64,000 nucleotides of DNA, taken from contig NW_019091356.1 in the NCBI RefSeq assembly GCF_001949145.1, positions 2,426,932 to 2,490,931 of the forward strand, given 5' to 3'. Under the pieces are notes generated by a model, which worked only from the letters and a program-made list of their open reading frames with translations, searched no databases and was not told where the DNA came from. Numbering within the stretch: position 1 is the first letter of the stretch; each line of letters begins with the position of its first letter. Made by a program: the position numbers and the translations under genes. This DNA comes from Acanthaster planci. Lineage: Eukaryota. Positions 22,801-37,800 of this stretch are shown here, piece by piece.

Positions 22801-25800
22801 GGCCACGTAACACTAGCAAAAGGGCAGGGCACATTTTTAAGCCCGCAAAACAAAATGGCGTGCCAAAGAAGTTCATGCCATTCCTGGGGGTCTCGAATCA
22901 ACCTGAAAGATCAATTTCTATTTCTAAAAAGTTATTAACAGTGGGAATGTGTAAACACTGTGAGGACAGAAATCCTGGCTATGACAGGAATCTTTTAACA
23001 GGTTAATATAAATTTATAAAAATATATTAACTTGTTCCAAATGCTTGACAGGTGCGGCACTGAAGACGCACCTGCATGTTCATGAACACATGGATAATGT
23101 TAAGTCCTTTCTTATACTTGATGGAGGCCTTTTCACACTACGACCTCTCAACCCGGGTTGACCTCATCCCCGGGCAAACCCATGACTGCCCTGGATTGAA
23201 AATTTGTTTTTTCAACCCCATGTTCAACCCTGTGATGTTTCCCACTTGTTCTGTGGGAACTGGGCTTATTGGGATGAGTTCAACCTGGAAATAAGCAATA
23301 AATATATTCTCAGCCATGGTCCAGAGCAGGGCTGAATTCAACCTGGGTTGAAATTAATCTCGGGGTTGACGCAGGGTTCGCCCAGGGTTGAAAATTACCA
23401 AGTGTAAATTGTCACCAGTTTTCAACCCTGCATCAACCCCATGATTTGTCTTGAGTGAAAAGGCCTTAAAAGCTGTACATATGGGCTGAGTTCGGGTGGC
23501 TTGTTCTCATATGTTCACAAACAGCTCGATTTGTTGTTTGTGGGTTGGCAGCTCGAATGCCAGGAACAAACAACCGGTGACAGTGGTAAACACCATGCAA
23601 CATATGGCGACGATGCATGTACATTATTCGAGAGATAATGTTTGGATAACTGGGCTAAATTCTTTTCTTTTTAAACAGGAACATTTATTTCTGCGTAATG
23701 GAAAGTAATTAATGCTAATTTTGCATAGCTGTTAAAAAAATCAAAATCTCATGAGTTTTTCCGTATGTTCCTGTAAACCCTGACCAGGAGGTGGTGTGTG
23801 ATCCTGTTCCAAGAACAGTGTTCTTGAGTCATGTTTCCGCCATTCGAGCACGAGAACAAGAAACTCTATTGAGAACAGGCCGCCCGAACTCAAACATAGT
23901 GTACTTCTTGTCTTCATGAAAAAACAAAGCCCTGTACAGGTACATAGGTTGTTACAAATTTTATTTCCCTGAAAATTACTGGTAGTACAGTACGTGTACA
24001 CATATCTACATCTACATGTACATCTCTCTCATGTCTGCTGGACAAAGTCAACCATCCAACATTCTTGAAATCTTCCAGGTCAAAAATTATGATTAATGAA
24101 GAAAGAATTCGCATTACCGCTGCAATAAATCAATGAGCAAACAAGAGCTCTTAATGCGTTCAGCACAAACCTGCAAGATTGAAATAGCGCCCTACAAACA
24201 GAACACGCTCCAGTTCAAGCAAGGGATGCTGGGATCATGCTTGGACAAGAAGGGGCAGCTTGTCAAAACCAGAACTTTGTGAAAAGGACTGAAAAAAAAA
24301 AATTAACAAAAAAAAAACAGAAGAATGGAAGAAATCTAAACCCTCAAGATTTATTCTTTGCAACAGTCCCTGCATATTTTGCTCTAGGTCATATTTAAAA
24401 TCAACAGTACAGGCCCTCTGAATAGATCTCATTCACAGGAATTCATTTTTGATCTTGTTCCCTGGATCTACATGTATTTTATTCAGTGTAATCCCTTATG
24501 CCAGACTATTTGGGTTTCCAAGTATCACTTTCTTTTTTTTTTTAAAGTGGCTTAATACATTTAATCCGTCACAAGCTTTAAATCGTTCTAAATTTAAGCT
24601 GGTATAAATTTGTAATGAACTTATCTGCATATTTCGTTGGAGTTATTTTTACTCTCAGGTTCCAAAATAAAAACTTAAACCTCACTTTCAACTCAAAATG
24701 GCCGACAAATGAATGCAACCTATTGCTGATACCTGATCTGATGATCACAGGAACACACTAACTGCATTAATTAATCCCTGCACATAAGATTTAAAGGTCC
24801 GGTGCAGCATTACACATGAATATACGACATATATATACATGTACGAAGCCCTGCAATACAACAGTTAGGTATTTTTCAGATTCATTTCATGTGTGGCGGA
24901 TATTAAAAATTTCCAGAGGAGACAGTGAGACTGTACAAAGATAATTAACTCATTTTGGGCTGCTGCCAGTGATGACAATACCAACATTAAATGCTCATGA
25001 GCATCTGTCTGGGCAAATTGTATCATCTCTCACTAGGGAACTCAGGAGCATGCCGCATTTTCAGAAAAAAAAAAACCCGCCGTCAAGTCCTTTCTGAGCT
25101 CATCTGAAGTGGAGGCCAAGAGACAGATTACACAGGCATAACATTCTTGATTTCAGACGTCATCCCCAAGGCACATTCATGTCCACGTAACATTCCCTGA
25201 AGGGTGCAGCATGTATGCAATGCACATTACTGCCTCGGAAGGGGAAACTCAAGGTTTGCAAGTGGTCATGCGGAGAACGTCTTCGAGATTCTCCCCCTGA
25301 TACACACACACACACGCTAGTTTGTTAACCTTATATGCCATCGCCTCAACCATGTTTAGATNNNNNNNNNNNNNNNNNNNNNNNNNNNNNNNNNNNNNNN
25401 NNNNNNNNNNNNNNNNNNNNNNNNNNNNNNNNNNNNNNNNNNNNNNNNNNNNNNNNNNNNNNNNNNNNNNNNNNNNNNNNNNNNNNNNNNNNNNNNNNNN
25501 NNNNNNNNNNNNNNNNNNNNNNNNNNNNNNNNNNNNNNNNNNNNNNNNNNNNNNNNNNNNNNNNNNNNNNNNNNNNNNNNNNNNNNNNNNNNNNNNNNNN
25601 NNNNNNNNNNNNNNNNNNNNNNNNNNNNNNNNNNNNNNNNNNNNNNNNNNNNNNNNNNNNNNNNNNNNNNNNNNNNNNNNNNNNNNNNNNNNNNNNNNNN
25701 NNNNNNNNNNNNNNNNNNNNNNNNNNNNNNNNNNNNNNNNNNNNNNNNNNNNNNNNNNNNNNNNNNNNNNNNNNNNNNNNNNNNNNNNNNNNNNNNNNNN

Positions 25801-28800
25801 NNNNNNNNNNNNNNNNNNNNNNNNNNNNNNNNNNNNNNNNNNNNNNNNNNNNNNNNNNNNNNNNNNNNNNNNNNNNNNNNNNNNNNNNNNNNNNNNNNNN
25901 NNNNNNNNNNNNNNNNNNNNNNNNNNNNNNNNNNNNNNNNNNNNNNNNNNNNNNNNNNNNNNNNNNNNNNNNNNNNNNNNNNNNNNNNNNNNNNNNNNNN
26001 NNNNNNNNNNNNTGCGCATTTGAACATATCTATATGAAATTTGTGCTTTATAAATAAATAAATAATTATTATTAGAACCTTCACATACTGCAAATGTTAA
26101 CAAGGGAACCAGAATCACAGAAAAGTTTGGCTTGAGTACATGTACAATGTACCTACATTCTTACAAATGTTGTTGGCAATTTATTTGGCAACAATGATGC
26201 TCATCTATATGAGAAGTGATTCTAGTCATTAGCTGCTGAAAAGACCTAGTTTGACCGACCAATACGTTTTACCCACAATCCTCAATTAAATCTTAGTACA
26301 CCTGTGGGGGGGGTGGGTACCTTATATGTACATGCCCTTCCCAAATCAGGTAACAGGCCTGACCTTCTTTGATATGCTAAAACACTGGACACTCCTCCTA
26401 CCAGTCACTCCATGCAATGAGCAAAGGACCCAGACCCCCAGAAAAACTTGGTCGTCATAATGAAGACAATGCACTGGCCAATATCCTTCAGTTCATGATG
26501 AATTATTCATATTGCCTTATATGGTCAATGGTAATGAGGGCTGTCCGGTTCAGGAGTGACTTTGTCATACACGGACCACTGACTGCAGGCTTCCATTGGA
26601 CAAACATCCAAGATGTGCGTTAACTTCCAGTTCCATGTACACATCGCTCCATGTGTGGGGATGGTTGAAATTGGTTTAAAACATTTCAAAACAAAACACT
26701 TTATTTCAATTCACAAGTGACCCAGTTGAGTGTACTCATTGCTAAATGTTGCCAGATCTGCACATGACTCGCCTTACATGTGACTCGCATTACCAACTTT
26801 CAATGTCAGATGTGTTATCCCATGTAGACAACCTACCGGTAGGGTCGCTGTTGTTATAATTTGGTTTAGTTAACACTGAAGGAGGAGGTTTATAATTGTG
26901 AACCTCTATAGAGAGATAACTTTCTGTGTACCTGATTCAGTGGGTCTGTCCTGAAAAGGTTGGGACATGGAATTCTTGTCATAAAATAGTGTGATGTATA
27001 ATATCTCATCTGATGGGTCAGAGTTCAATCATTTCCATGCATGATATTTCATCAGAGAATTTTCATGTCAAAAAGCCAGCAAATATCACTTGAGGTTTTC
27101 AAATGCCAACATACCATCATAAACATTTAAACAAAATTAAGAAACTCAATGGAAAAAAATTGAGTCCATTTTCTATCCTTGCATGGAAATGCCCATGTAC
27201 CATATTATTGTAAGCCACAGTCATGTACTGTAATTTGGGCGCAGCCACAAATGTACGTACAAGGAAATACCCATGTACCTTATTATTGTAAGCCACAGTC
27301 ATGTACTGTAAGTTGGGCCCAGCCACAAATGTACGTACAAGGAAATACACGTGTACAATTCAAACAGCAATTGATTTTTCATTCTACCTACTTGTTCAAT
27401 GGTGCCCGCAATCCAAACCCACCTGGCCAAAGTGCCAAGGGCCTCCTCAAATTTCTCAGACACATTCATCGGCTAGAAATCTAATCCCCCAAACAACTAA
27501 GCATATCTTTTTGGCCCATCCCCCAAAAGACTTCTGACAATCTGACAAAAGAACAAGATCTGCAGGAATGCAGGACCCCTGAATCGTGACTGACCGCGAC
27601 AACAAAAGATTGTACTGGCAACGCTGGTGTAATCTGAAACTTCTTTCCCTGTCCTTTATCATCATTCCTTTTTTAACGTCATAAATAGTGGAACTAATAA
27701 TCGCCCGGAAAGAGCAACCCAATCCAGGAACTTATAGTGATGGAGGCCCACTGTGAATTGCCTCATGCCAGGAAATTGCTTTTTCATCGATGCAAGTACG
27801 TACGTACATGTAGCTCCATTTACAATCAGAATGCCGATTACAACTTATGATTGTACACCTCTGATGCAGGCAAAACTTACAAATAACTATACATGAGTCA
27901 CTGGAAAGAGAAAAATATGAAATCTGAGCAGGTGTACATATACATGTACATGTATAAAGTATTACCAACATGTACTGTATGTATTGTATATTATAGAAAG
28001 GCAGGTGACAGTCATCAAGGTGAATAAACATTTACGGGGCAATGCCATGAGCAACTGTAAGTATGTTGCTGTAAATTTACAAATGGGTAATTCCAGAAAT
28101 TAGGGGTCCATTTTTTTCGTGTCCCTGTCACGTCTGACATATGATTTTGTAAGTTCAGAACACATTTTCTGATTTCCAAGACTGATGAATTAATGCAAAT
28201 TACCTGCCAAACAAATAGCAATACTTTGGAATCAATTCCAGTGATATTTCCATGTCAAACAACAAAGGTCAGATGTAACAGGGACACGAAAATGTCACAC
28301 TTTTGGACCCCTAATTTCTGGAATTACCCAAATACATGATGACGTGTGTGCTAACCCTAGGAAACAACTGGACTACTTCAAAATTACTGTATTTCTGGTA
28401 AAACCACAAGGAATGGGAGCGACGGACGGGACATTTTTTCATTTGAAGGATGTACAAGAAAATGCCAGCACAGGCCCAGAGAACACAGCAGGGGGGCAGT
28501 AAGCTACATGTGCTGTGCTGTCAAGCTAGCAGTGTTTCCCTATATTTTTACCCAGCCTTGAGCAATCTACCACCTGTTCACTATGAGCATCAATGTGGAG
28601 GCTTAAACGGGATTGAGACCGGTGAGGGATTTCCGTTTGAAAAAAAAAAAAATCAATGTCCATTTTTACAAACAAATTCTGTTCCGCCTTTTTTAACTGC
28701 AAAAGGGAATAAACATCTTTGTAAGATCGTAAAGTTGCTCGACTGCTTCATTCAAACTAGAGCCTGCATGCCTACTCACTTATAGACTTTCAGGTGTTGC

Positions 28801-31800
28801 AGAAATTCTAACCATAGGGGAAACACTGCTTACGGGACTAGAACCCTTGCTGTTTTTTGTATGTACATTGTACTGTACCCGGTACGTTAACTGGGAAACT
28901 TACATGTAAGTACATCACCCGATTACACGAATAGTCACAACTCAGAAAACATAACATTATTACAAGTTTAATGCAGACGGCGGAATGGCACTTCTCTGAA
29001 ACGGAGTGGGAATACATATGCTGTGGTCTAACATGCACACGACCAACAGGACATTGCACAAATGCGCAGTCCATGTACATGAATGCTTATTTCCTTTGTT
29101 CAAAAATTCCAAGGTCAGGATTTCTCCAAACTGTCTTTGAGATTAACATAAATTGCCTTGGCGTTTAGCATACATACCCTTCTCATTATTACTGGTGGCA
29201 GAAATACCAGTAACTTTATGCATTTAAGACCTCCTCAAAGAGACATTCCATTGGCGACTGAAAGAACTGATGAAAGTACTTCAATGCCTCAAATGATATC
29301 TATGGCACCGTTGCAGGCAAAAGCCATTAAACTGTGGTCCGTGTTTAATGCATGTTTCAGTGGGCCCCTCACTTGTAACATCCACATTATGCACAAGTTA
29401 TTCCCACTGGCATTTTGTTGCTTGTGCACAGGTAGTACATTAAATTAAAGCAACTTGTTTAATGGTCACTATGCCAAACAAGCAATGAATGGAACATAGG
29501 GAATCCTTTATTATGCTCGCCGGTCAGATGAATGATGCATGTTGAACGATTGAATGTTCCAGAAATACAACACACTAAACAACAGCTTACATACACTACA
29601 GTGAACACTACCGGTACATTGGTGTGCACGGATCCTTATCAGGATGCTACAGTGTTTGTTTAGTTCCCTGTAGACCCACTGGGAATAGTAACACTACTCC
29701 ACATACCAGTATTCATAAAAGTGAAGACACTTTTTTCCTTCCACCTCAGTCTGGCTACATTGCTTCGAATTGCAGAAAAGCAAGAAAAGCATGACAGAAG
29801 TCTGTGGTGAAACAAGTAGAACTTTGCAACTTCGGCACGCACAGCGTACTTGAAAACTGAGCTAACATAAACCCCCTGACAACTGACGGGCAGGTGATTT
29901 GATTAAGATCACTCTGTGGGATTGGGAAATCAGTCATGGTGACTATTGGCATATCGACCTGTTCGACTGATGGACCGTCCACACTGAGCAAGTGAAAAAC
30001 CTCTTCAGTCTGCTCACTCAGGTGCACAACCGAGAAAGTAAAGCAAAGGCACGAACTCTGCAGCTTGTGTGACTGGCAGTTAAGAGTCCATTATCGCGTA
30101 GGGGTTAAGTCAATAAACATTCTGAGACTAAAAAATATTTTGCTAAGCAGAAAAGACACAGGGGGCCTAAGCCCTTACCCTGCCTGCCTCTCCCCCCAAA
30201 ATATTAAGATCTTCATACCACCAATTTCACGGTGCTGCTAAGCACAAAATATTACGCTAACAGAAGTTTCATGTATTTCATCATGGAGCTATAAAATAGA
30301 TTTCATGAAGACCGTAAGCAGTGAGCACAGCCAAAGACGCGCTTACCTTTGAGGGCAAATTTGCTTAACCCAATGACAAAACAATGGCAATCTCTAAGCA
30401 TGCGCAACTGTAAGCACTCAAGCAGCTCCATGAAAATGGGTCCCTGTACGGTAGATCCAGGAGACCATGGGGGGGGTCATAGCCTCCAAAAAGACGAGCA
30501 AAACTTTTTTTTTAAATGAGAAAAGGGCAAGTTTGGAAATTGTTTCACATCCATTCATTTAGGAAGTGTATAAAAAGTCCACCCCCCCAGATATCGCTCC
30601 TAAAGGAAATTTTCAAATATGTTGGCCCTTCCTCACCACCACCACCGCAGTTCTGGTTTTCACATTAGCGGGGATACTACACTTGAAGCACTTCACACAG
30701 GGACCTTGCAGACACAGTGCTGAGGGTCCAATCCCCAGCATTTACATGGATAACAAGCTCTGGGGATAAATGTAATTAAAATATAAAACAGGTGCTAGGG
30801 ACCCTGGGGTCTTTGTGGCCTTGAGGTTTACTGATACAGACCGAACACCTGACAACTCAGATGGTGATGTCTCCTGTCTGCCCCTGCTCAAATATTTATG
30901 CCGGTTAATGACAGATTTGGTCTGCCAGTAATTTTCAGCTTCAAAAGGACTGTGAATTTTATTTATCAACTATAAAGGCGAACCAGAATCCCCCCCCCGC
31001 ACATTAACAGTTGATGTACAGAAGTGTAGAGACAAAAGTTAAAGGTGTTTTTCCTTTGAAAAAAGAAGAAAACTGCCTCATGTTCAAATTTTGCTTTTCT
31101 TCTTGTTTTCTGAGAACTCCACAATGTTTAGACGCAGATTTCATTTCAATAAACCATTACAAGAACATACATGTCTGCTATTATTCACGTGCATTGGCTG
31201 TCATGAAAAAAAATTCTTATTTGCATTTTCGTCCATGTTTTTAGTTTCCGGATCGAAATCTGCACAACATTTTGTCACACCAACAGAGCTCTGAAAAAAA
31301 GCTGGATACCATTTCATTGATGATACTTGCACTGGCCAGTGATTTAAAGGTTGCAACATCTCCAACGAAACTGGTAAACATCAACGTGCATGTTCATGTC
31401 ATCCGACCCATCACCGACGTTAATGAAACTGCCACCTTGCCAGCAAGACAGATCCGGGACTCAGGTGTGCTCTGGAGATATTGGGTAGGTGAGTGATTGT
31501 GCGTTGCTATGACGGAAATGAGACAGGCGGCTAATGACAGAAAAGACTGCTGGTACCTTTTGGTGACTGACACGTATCGCATGTGCTATTAGTTGCATGG
31601 AAGATAAAAACTGATTAAAACACATCCATCTTTTTTTTACGATAGGGTCCTACAAAACACATGCAGACTTGCGTGCAAACGCTCTCATGCTGTCTGACAG
31701 ATGCTCATTTAAGAACATAAAGCAAAGCTTTTTCAGAGACAATTCTCTTGTTTACATAATTTCTTCTATTTAAACTACCCATCTACCCCAAGTAGCCCCA

Positions 31801-34800
31801 TGAGGCATCAAGACATGTAGCCTACATGTATACAGATATACCTAGCTGTATTAGGAAGATGCACTTTAAGTCGACATCTTCATGAAACCTTTGGATGGAT
31901 TCATACTTTTTCCCACTTTCCAGCAAATCCATTGGACAAACACGAAAAATTAACCAACCAATTAACAATTAGGCCTAACAATCCACCCTTTCACAGCAAT
32001 CAAAATGTCGGGAAATTGGTTGTCACTATATTGACAGATTTACATGATTAAATGAATCCAGGCTGTCATAAATTTAAAATCATAAACGAAAACAAAACAT
32101 GCAAGAGTGTTTTCTGCCCTTCTCGCTGACCAAGAATGGTCTTGCTGCAGATTCCTCCTGGACGCTAGAAGAACGTGACGAGCGGCTGCCCCGAGTAATA
32201 AGCACGTACCCGGCCATGAATGGGGTTTCATCGCAATGCTGCCGACTATAAGGGGGCTCTCGAAGCGGGTGAACGGCAGTTGCCCTAATGCAGCTTCTTG
32301 TACTGCCCCTCGGCAGCTTCCTCTCCAAATCTAACCAAGACTTGGGGAACCGCACACCATGGAACAGCCCCACAATGACATCCAGTCCATCCATTTTGTC
32401 CTTGTAATAGATCCCTCTGGGTTTGAAATCATCTGATGGTGACTTTCTATTAATGGGAAAAACAGCTGTAAAACCCTTGGGATTTTTTTTTTTTTGGTTG
32501 ACGGAAAATATTTTACCAGACTATGAGGAGGCAACGTACACGTACAAGTATTTGTTATCAAAAGTATTAGTCATTTCTTAATAGAGGGAACTGACATTAA
32601 CGGAGTCACCTTTGATATTTGCATTGTTAAAGCCTCAAAAGGAATAATGCTCCTCAATATGGATGTCACCTTCGCATAAAGACCGTGTCCATCTCTTTTT
32701 GTGAATTTTTATCACACGGTGACGAGAGTCTCCGGTACATGAATGCGTACCTGCTCAATTATGCTTTCTACCCGTGCCAGGTATGATTGATGGCCAGGGA
32801 GTTTACACAATGTATGTGAGAAGGAAATACATGGCTGTACCAATGTACTTCCGTCATTACTGACCGAGACCAAGCTCTGAATTGCTTTTAAGTGTGTATG
32901 TAAAGTGCGCAGGTCTTCACATCTGCAGGTAGGTATGTGCAGCTCATAGTAAAGTACACTGTGACCTGTCACTAAACAGTGAGGAAAAAATGCCCTTTAC
33001 TTTAACAGCTGCAATTGTTTACATCTCCTGTCACATTACCCAACAAAAAAATAACATGACACCTGAGATGCACATTAAATTTACCGTTAAGTACAAGCAC
33101 AGTACAAAATTGAACAATTTCAAGGAAAATTGGACAATTGCATGCTTAACCAACAATATAAACACATCAATAACCTCAACCAAGCTTTATTAATGCACTT
33201 GGGTACTTGGGAATTACAAAAAAAAGGGAAACTGTTTACATTTATTTTTCTTCTTTTTTCCCATGTAAAAATAATTCTTGTACTCATATATTATGTACAT
33301 GTACATAACATATATATGCATGTTAAGTTTGTACTGTGCAATATGTGTAATGTGAACTAAGAACGCATTGTTGCATGCATAATAATGCAGCATTGTAATG
33401 TACATGTAGGCCTACATGCTGTGGTTTCAAACTGCTGAACTCTGCCACACACAGTGCAGCCAGATGGCATTCAGTTCCATTTCAGCCAATGACTGCGTAG
33501 CGCTTGCTTCAACGTACTAGACAGCCCGCACTCATTTGTATATATTTCAATTAGCCTATATCAAGAGTGGCAAATAGGCCGGTAATCAAATACAACATCA
33601 TCAGGCCAAAGACATTAGGTAGCCAGACCGAAACCGTTGGAAAATCCAACGTCGGATTCGCTTCAATCTTCGTTTTACGGGACCATTTAGTAACCACTCA
33701 TCCGAAGCGCACACTAAGCGCACATGTATACATGTAATACCAGTACGTGCACATGTGCATCTGCGTGGGTACTTTCGTGTTTATGCAGTTGGCTGGCTCA
33801 CGGTTACTGTTCAGACATGTTACAAACAGCCTCATTACACAAGCAGGTACGCTTTTAGTGGATAACAGTGTACACACAATTGAAGATGCCAATAGACCGT
33901 TAGCCAATGGAGGCCATATTTCATGCACATCATTTAAAAATCAAGGCTCTGCTGCTAGAAACTTGCTGGACTGTAATGTACAGTACATGTACATACATGT
34001 ACATGTACAAGTTCATCAAGGTACAAACAATACATGTAGCTTGACTGCACCGGCTAACTCATGTGACCTAGAGTGGGTAACAAACATCAGCAAAGAAAGC
34101 ATCCTCCCAAAGCACAAGGTGTCACAAGCGTCATTTACCAAAAAGAAAGCCGACAGTTGGCAAAGTACATGGACTCAGTCTACTGATTTGCTGAGCATTA
34201 TGCCAAAAATCGGCATTATTTTGGGGAAACAACACCGATGACACACTTTGCTATGGAAGAGACGCCAAGCTTGTTGATATCTGATACCCACCAGGTCATG
34301 TGACTTAGCTGGCACAATCGGGTAACTGACAGGCAAATATAAACTCAGTATATACAATAAGTCTATGCATAATTGGTACAGGTAAACATATATAAATACT
34401 ATTCATGGACATGTACACGCAGCTGCACATTTGGATGTCATAAGCCGGGGGGAAAAAAAGAGAGAAAAATCGCCACAATGAAACAAGATTTTTATTACGA
34501 TGGTAGAATGTGTGATTCAAGTCAAAAGAGTAATGATGATTTAAATAATTTAATTCCAAAAATTTGGGGTCCATTTTTTTTCCGTGTCCCAGTCACATCT
34601 GACACATGATTTTGTAAGTTCAGAACACAGTTTCTTATGTCGAAGAGTGATGAATACATTTTCTTGCAAATTACCTGCCAGACAAATAGAAATAGTTTGA
34701 AATCAATTCCGGTGATATTTCCATGTCCAATAACAAACGTAAGACGTAACAGGGACACAAAAATGTCACACTTTTGGACCCCTAATTTCTAGAATTACTT

Positions 34801-37800
34801 AGTTCCATGATTTGAGGGTAAATTGCACCATACCAGTCCCCTTAAGAATTCAGAAAGGCTTGAAGAGCAATGAATAAACGGTACTTATTCCACAAATTTT
34901 TGTCCCCACAACTCACTCTAAATTTCCCAAAGAAAAGAAATTGTCCCCTTAACTCAACACAGCCAGGGCATACACAAACGTACAAATGTAGAGCATTTGA
35001 AAGGCATGCAACTTTCTTCCACTGGGACCTACATGTAAAACAATGGAAACCCTTTTGAGTGGAAATAAGTGCAGGTAGACGTTGCCCCTCCGTGAAATGG
35101 AAGAAACACAGTCAATGCATTAATTAGAGGAGCAAGTAGACAGGCCCACAGCCTTCAGTAAAGGAACAAGGTCGCCTATTTGAACTTAAAATCTCAGGTG
35201 CAGAAGGCCAGAGTCCAAAGGGAGGAAAAAAAAAATCTGTGAGGGGTTTCACTGAGTTTATGAGTGGCATTCCAGTAACATCAAGGGTGGCTTGCATGCC
35301 CTGGTTTTCCCAGGCACTTGGAATTGTCCACGGTCTATTGGCGCAATTAAAATGACAACTGGCGAGGATTTACAATTAATAAGTGAAGTAAAGTTTGTAG
35401 ACTGTGACAATTTAAAATTCAGCAAGCTAGCACATTCTTGATACCATTACCAGTTAGTGTGTAATGACTGTCAATAACACGGAATGACTTTTCCCTCTGG
35501 GACAAATCGAATTTGTGCCCCCCCCCCATTTTTTCTATGCCATTTGTAGGTATGGTATTTCCATGTCGATTGTACACTTTAACTCAAATAACGATGCCAC
35601 TGATGCACATGTAAAAAGTTGGGTAACTTACACGGAATCAATCTTGCTGGCTTGGGGTGAGGTTTGCATTTAACATTGACATCACTGAATTTTTCCAAGA
35701 GCATTTCTTAGAACAGGCTACATACGAGTATTTAAGCGAGACAGCGTGAACTTGGAATGTCTTTCAGTTCCACAAATTTGGCACTACCAAACACAATGCA
35801 CACTGTACATATGCATGACCTCGTGGCACGGGCACCCATTAACACAGATACATGTACACATGTACAATGAAAAATATGCCATCCAGTATACATCTGAACA
35901 GTAAGTGTACAGTGTACATGTTGACGTCTCCTCAACGCAGTTCACTTTGACTGTGGCAAACATAACTTTACCTGTTGAGGGACTTCCTAGCTTTACTCTT
36001 ACCATTTCGTCACAGTTGGGGTATTTTTATTCAGACATTTGGCACTATTCAGCATCAGCAGAATGGAATGTTTCCTTATAAATCTACTGCGTTGGGGAGA
36101 ACAAGTGCCAAATAAAATGAACTGTCAACCTTGTGTAATGTACAACGCAGTGAGAAATCTGGTTGCATTTAACACAGGTTTTTCTCCCCCAAGCATTTGG
36201 CCTATTCATCACAACAATCACGCACTGTGAAAGGTCACCAAAAGATCCTCTTTCCACAGTAAAACCCTAAACACAGCAAAATTCTAGGTAATATGGCTAA
36301 ATTGGCATTTTTAGGGCTTACTGTGTCCTCTCCCTGCACCTGTGTGATAGTGACACCAATACAGGTGCTGAGCTATGTACATGTAGAGCTTCTTTGGTAT
36401 GTGTAGATATCACCAACAAAACCACAGTGCATACAATTCAAGGTAAAATCAGCCACTGAAGAAAAACCAAGAATGTACATCACAAAGGGTACATGCCAGT
36501 GGACAATCATTTAGACTGCGGTTAATGATGTGCTCAGACTACACAACTGCACAGTGTAGCAGACAGCGCCATCTCCATTCAGCACCATGATATTTACAAA
36601 ACATCCCGCTGCTTAGGACCATATCAGACTAGTGGTCCAGCAGCTCACTACTGACCAGGATGTTCCGTTTGAAGAAAGAGTTCCACATAAGGACAACACT
36701 TGAGGCCCTGTGCCAAAACCTACAAGACTTGTCTGAAAAAAAAAACAAGTGTTTTCTAAGTATATGCTTCGGAATTTTCTTTGCTAAATTGGACTTATCA
36801 GGACGTTGCCACTTTCTGAAGGTTGTTATAACAATACATTGTAAGGGAAAATCAGTGTAGTCCGTATATCTTTCCCATTTAAATCTGATCATTTCAAGTG
36901 TTGATCAGGATGAACTACATATACTAGTAAAATTCATTTTGTTGCAATTTTTTAACCTTGAATTTATTCATTTTTATCAATTTCTGTAATGATCTACATT
37001 TTGGAGATACGTGTAATGAACAGTTTAACCCTAACCCTACATAATACTACAAATTACTACTTGTAGTAAAATGTAGTAATCAGCGCTGTCGCTTGTAAGA
37101 GGACATGACTTTATTGTTCTGTGAAGCCATAAGATACAATAGAAAAGACAATGTGCCATACAGTGCTGTGGCACTATGAATGCATGGCTTTATTGTTCTC
37201 TGTACGAGTAACAATGGAAGTAACCAAGCCAGAAGTAGTAATCTGTAGCGCTAGGTCCTTCAGGCTCAGACTATTACTTAGTATTTTGTAGTACTGTGTA
37301 GTGTAAGCCAAGGTTAGGGTTAAAGAAAAAGTTGGCTTCGGATGTAACACTTATTTCCGTTATTCAAAGATTTCCATTTGGGAATGTTCGAGAGGATGGC
37401 ACTATTGAGGCTTACTCACAAGAATACTCAACATGTGCCCAAGGATATCCTGTATACATGTGCACTGCACCAAGTATGCCCTATAACCATTTTCAACTGA
37501 ATGGGCACAAACCCAGGGAATCTGTGCAAGCGAAACATAAGGCTAAGAAAGGGTATGTGTACTTGGCAGCGATGGTGCTCAAATTTCCCCACTGGGCATA
37601 CAAGAATTTCCAAACATTTTGTTTTCAGCTCTTTACTTTCTGGGAAGAGTGACAAAATTGTGGCTCAGTTTTTGCACATGGGAGAGTCATCTCCCTTTGT
37701 TCAAACTAAAATTTACAACGTTATTGTCACCACTGCACATAACAAAGTGCTAGGTCTACTTGTACTAAAAAAAAGTTAACAATAACCATGATAACAGGTT

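Noticed and set aside
25249..26118. Longest ORFs in the track (233-289 aa)
   Set aside because: Artefacts of reading through the 651-N gap.
33747..34241. 164-aa ORF in Caspr intron 1
   Set aside because: Composition is driven by TACATG repeats (YMYIHVHV); no domain or splice support.
37025..37038. Interstitial telomeric repeat (TAACCCTAACCC)
   Set aside because: Only about 2 units, paired with an inverted copy at about 37312-37323; better explained as MITE termini.
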